Source: Acidobacteriota bacterium
Lineage (GTDB): Bacteria; Acidobacteriota; UBA6911
NCBI GenBank assembly: GCA_016934555.1
Contig: JAFGSS010000018.1
Span: 1 to 51,566, forward strand
Reading direction: 5' to 3'
Length of the DNA stretch: 51,566 nt
Part shown: positions 25,337-33,580 of the stretch, in pieces
How the letters are laid out: the number at the start of each line of letters is the position of its first letter
Position numbering within the stretch: the stretch's first letter is position 1
Notes under the pieces: generated by a model
The model's database searches: none
What the model saw: only the letters and a program-made list of their open reading frames with translations
What the model was told of the DNA's origin: nothing
Program-made: the position numbers and the translations under genes

Positions 25337-26488
25337 ATGTTTGTCGACTGCATCGAACAGGGTCCCATCCGCCCCCCGAGCGAGGCCGCGAGCCTGCTGC
25401 TGCGGGTCACGCGCCATTGCCCGTGGAACCGCTGCGAGTTCTGCCACATTTACAGGGGCCGGCGCTTTGAACCCCGGAAGGCGGAGGAGGTCAAGCGGGA
25501 CATCGACACCCTGCGGGACCTTGCCTCCCGGATCCGGGACCTGTCCCTGCAACGGGGATTCGGAGGAACCATTCACGCCGCGCTGGCCCGGCACCTCGGC
25601 GACACCCCACGGCCGTATCCGGAAGGGGCCCGGAACCTCCTCTTCTGGATGGCGGGCGGCGCCCGGAACGTCTTTCTCCAGGATGCCGACAACCTGGCAC
25701 TGAAGACCGAGAAGCTGGTGGATATCCTCAGGTATCTCAGGGACGCCTTCCCCACCGTGGAAAGGATCACCACCTACGCCCGGTCGGCCACCCTGGCCCG
25801 GAAAAGCCCCGAAGAGCTCGCGGCCCTCCGCGAGGCTGGGCTGTCACGCATCCACACGGGCATGGAATCGGGTTGCGACACGATCCTGGCCCGCGTTCAG
25901 AAAGGGGTGACGGCGCGGGTCCTCATCGATGCCGGGAGGAAGGTGAAGCAGGCGGGGCTGGGCCTTTCGGAATACGTCATGCCGGGACTCGGAGGGAAAG
26001 CCCTGACGCGGGAACATGCCCTGGAAACCGCCAGGGCGCTCAACGAGATCGATCCCGACTTCATCCGGGTCCGCCCGCTGAAGGTCCTCTCCACCATGCC
26101 CCTTTTCCGGAGGGTGGAATCGGGCGAGATGGAGCTCCTCGGCGACGACGGGATCCTCGCCGAGGAGAGGCTCCTCATCGGGCACCTGGACCGGTTCACC
26201 GGCCGGCTCGAGAGCGATCACGTCCTGAACCTGCTCGAGGAGGTGGAAGGACGGTTCCCTGCAGCCCGCCGCCCCGTCCTCGCCCTTATCGACCGGTACC
26301 TGGCCCTGCCGGAAGGGGAGCGCGCCCACTTCCGGCTCGGCCGTCGCACCGGATTCTACCGCCGGCTCGCCGACCGGGAGAACCCCGTCCTCCGGGCCGA
26401 GGTGGCCGCCATCCTGCGCCGGGTCGAATCGGGCGATCCCGGGGGTCTCGACCTTTACCTCTCCCGGCAAACGGAATCGTTCATCTAG
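25337..26488 (+). CDS. Radical SAM protein of unknown function
   Basis: RPPSEA.SLLL.VT, CPWNRCEFC (CxxxCxxC-type), GMESG, PGLGG. Confidence 0.88.
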   Translation: MFVDCIEQGPIRPPSEAASLLLRVTRHCPWNRCEFCHIYRGRRFEPRKAEEVKRDIDTLRDLASRIRDLSLQRGFGGTIHAALARHLGDTPRPYPEGARNLLFWMAGGARNVFLQDADNLALKTEKLVDILRYLRDAFPTVERITTYARSATLARKSPEELAALREAGLSRIHTGMESGCDTILARVQKGVTARVLIDAGRKVKQAGLGLSEYVMPGLGGKALTREHALETARALNEIDPDFIRVRPLKVLSTMPLFRRVESGEMELLGDDGILAEERLLIGHLDRFTGRLESDHVLNLLEEVEGRFPAARRPVLALIDRYLALPEGERAHFRLGRRTGFYRRLADRENPVLRAEVAAILRRVESGDPGGLDLYLSRQTESFI

Positions 26489-26591
26489 CGTGAAGGGAAC
26501 GAAGGCCGCCGGAAACCGCCCGCCCCTCTTTCCAATTGCAAACGGCCCCGCGCTGTGGCAACGTAAACGGGTAGGGGGATTTTCAGGGGAA

Positions 26592-26666
26592 ATGATGCAT
26601 CCAGACCGCACCGCAGTCACACGCATCGCCATTATCAACATTACCGGGGGGACGCCCGGCGGATAG
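26592..26666 (+). CDS. Ile-rich attenuator leader peptide MMHPDRTAVTRIAIINITGGTPGG
   Basis: AGGGGA RBS; 24 codons with ATC-GCC-ATT-ATC-AAC-ATT cluster; the stop lies within the antiterminator arm. Confidence 0.85.
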   Translation: MMHPDRTAVTRIAIINITGGTPGG

Positions 26667-26690
26667 AGGCCTGTAAAGGTGCATGCACCC

Positions 26691-26728
26691 AGCCCTCATC
26701 CGCCGAACGGGTGAGGGCTTTTTTTTTT
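26691..26728 (+). terminator. Attenuator terminator upstream of cimA
   Basis: 12-bp stem AGCCCTCATCCG/CGGGTGAGGGCT (one G-U), loop CCGAA, then a long T run. The competing antiterminator 26657-26670 pairs with 26692-26705. Confidence 0.9.
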
Positions 26729-26769
26729 GGCCCGGCGCGCGCTGGCGCCGCGGACCCACGGAGGCAGGC

Positions 26770-28332
26770 GTGAAAATATTCGTTTACGACACCACCCTGA
26801 GGGACGGGACCCAGGGGGAAAGCGTGGCCTTCTCGGTGCAGGACAAGCTGAGGGTGGCGCGAAAACTGGACGAACTGGGGATCCACTATATCGAGGGGGG
26901 GTGGCCCGGCTCCAACGAAAAGGATGCCGAATTCTTCAGGATCGCCGCCGGCCAGAGCTGGCGGACGGCCAAAATCGCCGCCTTCGGCAGCACCGCCCTG
27001 GCCCGGAACCAGCCGAGCGAGGACCCGAACCTCGGGGCGCTGCTCGAGGCCGGGACCCCCGTGGTCACCATCTTCGGGAAGACATGGGACTTCCACGTGC
27101 ACGCGGCCCTGAGGATCCCCCTGGCCCGGAACTGCGAACTGATCCAGGCCTCGGTCGCCTACCTCAAATCCAGGGGCCGGGAGGTGATCTTCGACGCCGA
27201 ACACTTTTTCGACGGCTTCGGCGCCAACCCCGAATACGCGCTGGAGACCCTCCGCGCCGCGGCCGAGGGGGGAGCGGACCTGATCACCCTGTGCGACACC
27301 AACGGGGGTTCCCTCCCTTCCCGCATTAGGGAGGCCGTCGGCCGGGTCCAGGCGGTGGTCGGGCTGCCGCTCGGCATCCACTGCCACAACGATTCCGAGC
27401 TCGCGGTCGCCAACACCCTCGCCGCGGTGGAATGCGGCGCCGTCCAGGTCCAGGGGACCATGAACGGCTACGGGGAACGGTGCGGAAACGCGAACCTCTG
27501 CTCCATCATCCCCAATCTCGAACTGAAGATGGGAATGACCGTCATCGGCGAAAAACGGCTCCAGCTTCTCACCAGCGCCTCCCGGTTCGTCAGCCAGATC
27601 GCCAACCTGCGGCACCGCAAGGATCTCGCCTTCGTCGGGGAGAGCGCCTTCGCCCACAAGGGGGGGGTCCACGTCAGCGCCGTCATCCGGGATGCCGCCA
27701 CGTACGAGCATGTCGTCCCCGAGAAAGTCGGGAACGTGCGCCGCGTCCTGGTCTCGGAGCTCTCCGGCAGGAGCAACCTCCTGTTCAAGGCCCGGGAGAT
27801 GAAGCTCGACATCGCCGAACAGGAGGAGAAGCTGAAACCCGCCCTCAGCCGGATCAAGAAGCTGGAGAGCCAGGGATACGAATTCGAGGCGGCGGAGGCC
27901 TCCGTGCGCGTGCTGCTGGAAACGGCCATCAACGGCGAACGGGAGTTCTTCAGGATCGACAATTTCCGCGTGTTCACCGACATGCACCGGAGCGGGGAGG
28001 TGACGTCCGAGGCCACGGTGAAGGTGCGCGTGGGGGATCAGTCCGTGCACACGGTGGCCGAGGGGGACGGTCCCGTGCATGCCCTGGACAAGGCCCTGCG
28101 CCTCGCCCTGAACCAGTTCTTCGAACCGCTGCGTTCGGTCGCGCTCATCGACTACAAGGTCCGGGTCCTGACCGGGACGCACGGCACGGGCTCGCGGGTG
28201 CGCGTGCACATCCAGCAGACGGACGGGGAGGAAACCTGGACGACCGTGGGGGTGTCGGAAAACATCCTGGAAGCGAGCTACATCGCCCTGGCCGACGGGA
28301 TCCGCTACAAACTCCTGCAGACGATGGGCTGA
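26770..28332 (+). CDS. cimA: Citramalate synthase (CimA, DRE-TIM/LeuA family)
   Basis: YDTTLRDGTQGE, IEGGWPGSN, FDAEHFFDG, HCHND, GERCGNANL, FAHKGGVH, GPVHALD regulatory domain. GTG 26770 follows GGAGG. Confidence 0.9.
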   Translation: MKIFVYDTTLRDGTQGESVAFSVQDKLRVARKLDELGIHYIEGGWPGSNEKDAEFFRIAAGQSWRTAKIAAFGSTALARNQPSEDPNLGALLEAGTPVVTIFGKTWDFHVHAALRIPLARNCELIQASVAYLKSRGREVIFDAEHFFDGFGANPEYALETLRAAAEGGADLITLCDTNGGSLPSRIREAVGRVQAVVGLPLGIHCHNDSELAVANTLAAVECGAVQVQGTMNGYGERCGNANLCSIIPNLELKMGMTVIGEKRLQLLTSASRFVSQIANLRHRKDLAFVGESAFAHKGGVHVSAVIRDAATYEHVVPEKVGNVRRVLVSELSGRSNLLFKAREMKLDIAEQEEKLKPALSRIKKLESQGYEFEAAEASVRVLLETAINGEREFFRIDNFRVFTDMHRSGEVTSEATVKVRVGDQSVHTVAEGDGPVHALDKALRLALNQFFEPLRSVALIDYKVRVLTGTHGTGSRVRVHIQQTDGEETWTTVGVSENILEASYIALADGIRYKLLQTMG

Positions 28333-28342
28333 GAGCGCCGCC

Positions 28343-30151
28343 TCAGTCCAGGGTTCCCGTCGCCCGTTTCAGCTCCACCAGAGCCTTGGCGTAGGCGGCC
28401 CGGGCCTCGACGGCAGCCAGCCGGGCGGCGCGGTACTCCCGCTGACGGCGGATGACGTCGTACGGCACCGAGGCCCCTTCCTCGAGCCGCGCCTCCTCGG
28501 CCGCCAGCACATCCCCGCTCAGCCGCTCCGCCTCGAGGGCGGCCTCGACCCGGGCCCGGGACTGGGCCAGGTCGATCAGGACCCGGCGCACTTCCAGGGC
28601 GATGTCGTTGCGCGTGCGCTCGAGCGCCGTCTCGCTCTGGGCCTTCTCCCGCCGGGCCCGGTGATAGTCCGCCTCGGCCGCCCGGTTCCGGATGTTGATG
28701 GAAAAGGAGAACCCGACGGCGTATTCGGGGTAGCTCCAGCCGCGCACCTGCCTGAGCGCCTGGGACAGCCCCCCGGGATAAAGCACCGGGACCCCCTCGG
28801 CATCGGGGATCCGGCGGTCGCCGTACAGGCCGGAGCTGTTGAAGTTCGCGAAGACCAGGAGGCTCGGCCGGAGGAGGTCCTTGCCGTAGCGGACGGCGAT
28901 TTCCTGGGTGCGGAGGCCGGTCTCGGCCTGCAGGACCTCCGGCCGGCGGCGCATGGCCTCGTCGAGCGCCTCGTCGAGTTCAGGGATGTCCCCGTCCCGC
29001 GGATCGGGGAGTGCGGCCGCCGGCTCGATGCGCACGGAGTCCCACTGGCCCGGGTCCCGGCTGATCAGGTTCTTCAGCTCCATCTCACGCATCTCAAGCG
29101 TCGTGCGGGCGGTCACCAGGTCGCGCCGGCGCGCGGCCACCTCGCTTTCGGCCGTCACGACGTCCAGCCCCGACGCGGCCCCGAACTCGTCCTTGATGCG
29201 GGTGTCCTCCAGCAGCCGCTCGGCCACCTCCAGGGACTGCCCGGCGACCTGGAGGCTCTCCCGCGCGGCGACCAGGTCCCAGTAGGCACCCTGCGCCCGG
29301 GCCAGGGTGGTGCTGACCTGGAGCCGCACCCCTTCCTTCATGACGGCCTCTGAATTTTTCACGACATCCAGGAAACGGCGCCCGATTTTCCTGCCGAACC
29401 CGCTCAGCAGCTGCTGCGTCACGCTGACGGACAGCTGGGAAACGACGGCGGGGTTGTAGAGGAGGAAACGCTGGGTCGAACTCTGGCGCATGTTGTTGAA
29501 GGAAACGCTGAGGCTGCTCCCCGTGGTGAAGGAGTGCGAATAGCGGGCCAGCAGGGCGGTCGAGCGGGTCGAAACCTCGGGGATGCCGGAGACGACGATC
29601 GAATTCAGCGGGCTGGTCGTGCGGTCGATGCTGAACCCGAGGGCCAGGGTCGGGTCGTAGCTTCCGCGCGGGAACCCGAACACCTGCCGGGCGCCCCCCG
29701 TGATCCCGCCCACCCCTCCGAATCCCCCCAGACCCCCTGCGCCCCCGACCCCGGCCCCGATCGCCCCGGCGAAAAGACCGCTGGGGATCTGGACCCCGGC
29801 CCCGCCGCGGGGGGCACCGCCCCCCTTGACCCGCAACATATCGGTCTCGGCGTACCGGGCCGCGTTCCTCGAGGACAGGATGTCCAGGTTGTTCTCCCTG
29901 ACCGATGTTTCGAGCCGGTCCATGGAAAGGCGCAGCGTCCGCCCCTCTCCGGGCCGCGGCAGCCCTTCGGGATTGGTGAACTCCGGCTCCGGAATCGGCC
30001 GCATGACGTAGGGCCGGTAGACCCTCGGGAACCACTCCGTGTTCCGGGAAAGGTCGCGCGCGGGTTCCTCCGCCGGGGCGGCCGCCGGAAGGATGCCGAG
30101 CAGCAGCGCCACCCGCACCGGGCGGCCGAAGAGGCGCATCAAGGCCGCCAT
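28343..30151 (-). CDS. TolC-family outer-membrane channel (paralog 2)
   Basis: Signal-like N-terminus, ENNLDI, Gly-rich insert, AYWDL, LDVVTAESEVA, ARAAYAKALVELKRATG. ATG overlaps the upstream TGA. Confidence 0.88.
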   Translation of the reverse strand: MAALMRLFGRPVRVALLLGILPAAAPAEEPARDLSRNTEWFPRVYRPYVMRPIPEPEFTNPEGLPRPGEGRTLRLSMDRLETSVRENNLDILSSRNAARYAETDMLRVKGGGAPRGGAGVQIPSGLFAGAIGAGVGGAGGLGGFGGVGGITGGARQVFGFPRGSYDPTLALGFSIDRTTSPLNSIVVSGIPEVSTRSTALLARYSHSFTTGSSLSVSFNNMRQSSTQRFLLYNPAVVSQLSVSVTQQLLSGFGRKIGRRFLDVVKNSEAVMKEGVRLQVSTTLARAQGAYWDLVAARESLQVAGQSLEVAERLLEDTRIKDEFGAASGLDVVTAESEVAARRRDLVTARTTLEMREMELKNLISRDPGQWDSVRIEPAAALPDPRDGDIPELDEALDEAMRRRPEVLQAETGLRTQEIAVRYGKDLLRPSLLVFANFNSSGLYGDRRIPDAEGVPVLYPGGLSQALRQVRGWSYPEYAVGFSFSINIRNRAAEADYHRARREKAQSETALERTRNDIALEVRRVLIDLAQSRARVEAALEAERLSGDVLAAEEARLEEGASVPYDVIRRQREYRAARLAAVEARAAYAKALVELKRATGTLD

Positions 30152-32049
30152 CACTCGACCTCCCGGGCGCCGGAAGGGGTGAAGGGGGTCACGGGAGCCC
30201 GCGAGATCTCCCCGCGGAGCGCCTCGGCGTATTCGATCCCGTTGCGGTCCAGGACCAGCCCGCGGGCGCGGTCCATTTCCACCATGGCCTTCACCCACGC
30301 GATCTGGGCGGCGACCTCCGCCTGCCGGGCCGCGGTGTAATCGCGTTCCCGCAGGATCACCTGGTAGGACGTGGACGCCCCCGCCTCCAGCCTTATCTTC
30401 TCCCCCTCCCAGATTTCACGCGCCAGTTCGGCCGCCTTGCGCGCGGCCTCGACCTGGGCCTTCCCCTGGATCAGCCCGATGACGGCCTTGCGCACCTCCA
30501 GTTCTATGGAGTTGCGCGAGCGCTGCCGGCTGATCAGCAGCTGGTTGCGCTCGAGCTGCGAACGGAGGTTGTCCGCCTGCGCCGTGCGGTTGCGCAACGG
30601 GATGTTCATGCTGAACCCCCCGGCATATTCCGGGTACGTACCCCGGAAGCTCTGGGAGAAGGCGTCGAAGATCCCCGACTCGGAATCCGCACCGGTCCCC
30701 TGGAGCCCGGCCCCCGCGTAGAAGCCGAAAACGGCCAGGCTGGGCATGAGCGCATTCCGGGTAAAGCGGACCGAGATATCCTGGTTTTGGAGGTTGATGT
30801 CCGCCTGCTCGAGCTCGAGCCGCTTCTCGAGGGCGACGGCGAGCGCGTCCCTCAAGTCGGGGATGTCCGGGTCGCCATGCTGCGGCATGCGGTCCCGGAG
30901 CACGATCCGGGCGGCGTCCAGCTCCGGGGTGACCCTTTTCACCAGCATGTTCTTGAGCGTGGCCTCCTGGAACTGGAGGTTCGTCCGGGCCACGGTCAGG
31001 TCCCGCGTCCGGGCGGCGACCTCGGACTCCGCGGAGGTCACGTCGAGGGGCGACATGGTGCCGACATCCAGCCGGATCCGGTTGTCTTCGAGCAGCCGCC
31101 GGGCGACGGCCAGGGACTGCTCCGCCACCTTCACGTTTTCCTCGAGGGCGGCCAGGTCCCAGTAGGCGTTCTCCACCGCGACCACCGTGTTGATGAGCTG
31201 GAGCCGGAACACGTTTTCGGCCACCCGGGTGTTGTTGCGGGCCACCATGATGTAGCGTTCGTTGGGCAGCCGCCCGAACCCGTTCAGGAGCGGCTGGTTG
31301 ACCCCCACCGCGAAGCGGGTGACGGAGGCGGGATTGTAGAGCAGGTTGCGCTGCGTCGAACTCTGGCGCTGGCCCGTGAGGGTCAGGGAATAGCTGGTGC
31401 CCAGGCCGAAGAGCTGCGCGTAGCTGGCGCTGAAAGCCGCGTTCTTCCCGGTCACGTTATAGATCCCGGAAACGACGCTCGTATTCAGGGGCGAGGTCAC
31501 GTGGTCGTAGCTGAAATTCACGCTCAGCGTGGGATCGAAATTCCCCGCCGAGCCGACCTGGACCGACCCGCCGCCCCCGGTGATGCCCCCGGCGCTCCCT
31601 ACTCCGGACCCGGCCCCCGAGCCGCTGATCCCGGCGCCCAGGGCGCCCGAGGTCAATCCCCCGGGGGTCGATCCCCCCGTAAACCCGCGCGGCGACTGCC
31701 CCGCCCTGCTCCGCAGCAGGTCGGTTGCGGAGTACTCCGGGACGAAGCGCTGCACGGCGATGTCGAGACTGTTCTCGAGCGCCAGCGCGAGCGCGTCGGA
31801 TAAGGTCAGCTCGAGCGACCCGTCACGCATCAGCCCCTCGATCCGGGGGGAGTTCTCCAGGACCGGTGAGGAAACGGGGCGCGCGCGGAAGATCCCGAGG
31901 GGGTTGGCCGGGGCTCCTGTTTTCTCCCCTCCGGCCCCGGAGAAGGAAAACCGTTCCGGGGCGGGCTGGGCGCCGAGGGGCGCCCGGGGCAGCATCCAGG
32001 CCAGGGCGAGCACCGTCACGATCGCCGGCCGACGGAATCTCTCAATCAT
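30151..32049 (-). CDS. TolC-family outer-membrane channel (paralog 1)
   Basis: AGGAGG RBS, signal peptide, LTLSDALALALENSLDI, Gly-rich insert, QPLLNGFG, VENAYWDL, SMNIPL. Confidence 0.9.
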   Translation of the reverse strand: MIERFRRPAIVTVLALAWMLPRAPLGAQPAPERFSFSGAGGEKTGAPANPLGIFRARPVSSPVLENSPRIEGLMRDGSLELTLSDALALALENSLDIAVQRFVPEYSATDLLRSRAGQSPRGFTGGSTPGGLTSGALGAGISGSGAGSGVGSAGGITGGGGSVQVGSAGNFDPTLSVNFSYDHVTSPLNTSVVSGIYNVTGKNAAFSASYAQLFGLGTSYSLTLTGQRQSSTQRNLLYNPASVTRFAVGVNQPLLNGFGRLPNERYIMVARNNTRVAENVFRLQLINTVVAVENAYWDLAALEENVKVAEQSLAVARRLLEDNRIRLDVGTMSPLDVTSAESEVAARTRDLTVARTNLQFQEATLKNMLVKRVTPELDAARIVLRDRMPQHGDPDIPDLRDALAVALEKRLELEQADINLQNQDISVRFTRNALMPSLAVFGFYAGAGLQGTGADSESGIFDAFSQSFRGTYPEYAGGFSMNIPLRNRTAQADNLRSQLERNQLLISRQRSRNSIELEVRKAVIGLIQGKAQVEAARKAAELAREIWEGEKIRLEAGASTSYQVILRERDYTAARQAEVAAQIAWVKAMVEMDRARGLVLDRNGIEYAEALRGEISRAPVTPFTPSGAREVE

Positions 32050-32267
32050 CGCAACCTCCTGAAAACGGGGACGGACCAGGGCATACTATTGGAAACAGGC
32101 ATTTTATCCATGAATCACGCAGGATCGCGCCCGGTCGGCCGGGGATGGTTTTCACCCGGTGGGGCCATAATTGCGGCAACGCCGGACGCCCGACGGTCAA
32201 CTCTTTAAAATACGCCCGGTTGGGGAGCTTGTTTCGACCGGCGGCGGAGCCGGACTGACGGCATCCG

Positions 32268-32558
32268 CTACTGCATGGCGCATTTGCGCGCCGTCTCGTA
32301 GACCGGATCTTCCACCTTCAGGCCGACCACGAATCCCCCGGCCTGGGGCTTGCAGTACACCAGCTCCCCGGTGAAGGTAACGTCCCCCCACTCCACCCTG
32401 ACGAGGGCGCCCTCGGGAAGAGCCTCCTCCAGGAAGAGGCTGAGACCGTGGACCGACAAGTCCGACAGACGCGCACGGGCCGTGGAACCGGGAGGGTCCA
32501 CGCAGGTCACATTCGCCGTCAGGTCCGTTTTGAAGCGCGTCCGGGTTCTTCTGTTCAT
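32268..32558 (-). CDS. Stand-alone PilZ-domain protein (putative c-di-GMP receptor)
   Basis: RTRTR (RxxxR) and DLSVHG (DxSxxG) motifs; typical C-terminal beta pattern (GELVYC..GFVVGL). Confidence 0.8.
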   Translation of the reverse strand: MNRRTRTRFKTDLTANVTCVDPPGSTARARLSDLSVHGLSLFLEEALPEGALVRVEWGDVTFTGELVYCKPQAGGFVVGLKVEDPVYETARKCAMQ

Positions 32559-32626
32559 GATGGCTCAATCGGTCGCCGGCACCCCTCCCCTTAAGGAAAA
32601 GCCCGGCCAAAGCGGCCCCGACCCGT

Positions 32627-32655
32627 TTGACAACAACGCCGCGGCCCAGTATCCT
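32627..32655 (+). promoter_or_regulatory. Sigma70 promoter for nitroreductase
   Basis: TTGACA-N17-TATCCT. Confidence 0.65.
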
Positions 32656-32734
32656 GTGCCGCAAAGCCCCCGGTCGGGGGCTTTGCGGAAAAGGACTCTT
32701 TTATCACATCGGCGGAAGGGAGACAACCGACAGC

Positions 32735-33556
32735 ATGGGACTCATAACCATCGATGAAGACAGGTGCCGGAAGGACGGCTTCTGCGCGCGGGAATGCCCG
32801 GCGGCCATAATCGAGCTTCCGGGGGGAGGGTGGCCCCGCATCAAGCCCGGCCAGGAGGAGGGGTGCATGGATTGCGGCCATTGCGTGGCCGTCTGCCCCC
32901 ACGACGCGCTCCGCCACGAGCGGATCCCGCAGGTGGGCTCCCCGGCGCTGCGGGACGATCTCCGCATCGGCGAAGCCCAGGCGGCGCAGTTTCTGCGCGC
33001 GCGCCGGTCGATCCGCCACTTCGCGGCCAGGCCGGTGGAAAAGGGGAAGATCCTGAAGCTCATCGAGACGGCGCGCTACGCGCCCACCGGAGGGAACCGG
33101 CAGGAGGTGGAGTGGCTCGTGATCGACGACGGGCCCCGGCTCCGGGAAATCGGGGCGCTCACCGTGGCCTGGCTCCGCAAGGTGGTCGAGGACCCGCGCG
33201 CCGTCGCCGCCGCCCCCTACCTGGTGCCGACCATCGCCGCCTGGGATGCGGGGGAGGACACGGTGCTCCGGGGCGCCCCTGCCCTGGTCGTCGCCATGGC
33301 GCCGGCGGAAGGGACGTCGGGTTCGGTCGACGTGGCGATCGCCCAGACCTACCTCGACCTCTACGCCCCCGTCCTGGGTCTGGGGACCTGCTGGGCGGGC
33401 CTGCTCCAGGGGGCCATGGCGAACGCCCCGGAAACGAGGGCGGCCGTGGGCATTCCCGAGGGCTACCCCCACCACTTCGCCCTGATGCTGGGGTATCCGG
33501 ACGTCCGCTTCTTCCGCACCCCGGAGCGGAAGGCTCCCAGAATCACCTTCACATAG
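32735..33556 (+). CDS. Ferredoxin-domain nitroreductase family protein
   Basis: CRKDGFCARECP and CMDCGHCVAVCP Fe-S motifs; RRSIRHF, APTGGN.Q, GLGTCWAG, LGYP. Confidence 0.9.
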   Translation: MGLITIDEDRCRKDGFCARECPAAIIELPGGGWPRIKPGQEEGCMDCGHCVAVCPHDALRHERIPQVGSPALRDDLRIGEAQAAQFLRARRSIRHFAARPVEKGKILKLIETARYAPTGGNRQEVEWLVIDDGPRLREIGALTVAWLRKVVEDPRAVAAAPYLVPTIAAWDAGEDTVLRGAPALVVAMAPAEGTSGSVDVAIAQTYLDLYAPVLGLGTCWAGLLQGAMANAPETRAAVGIPEGYPHHFALMLGYPDVRFFRTPERKAPRITFT

Positions 33557-33580
33557 GACCAGGCCTTTCGGGCGCCCGGG

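Noticed and set aside
26770-28332. Annotation as leuA (isopropylmalate synthase)
   Set aside because: EGGWPGSN, FDAEHFFDG and FAHKGG motifs plus an Ile-rich, Leu-free leader peptide fit CimA.
32765-32800. CxxDxxC ferredoxin motif as a defect or novelty
   Set aside because: Asp-ligated or 3Fe variants are known in ferredoxin domains, and the second motif is canonical.
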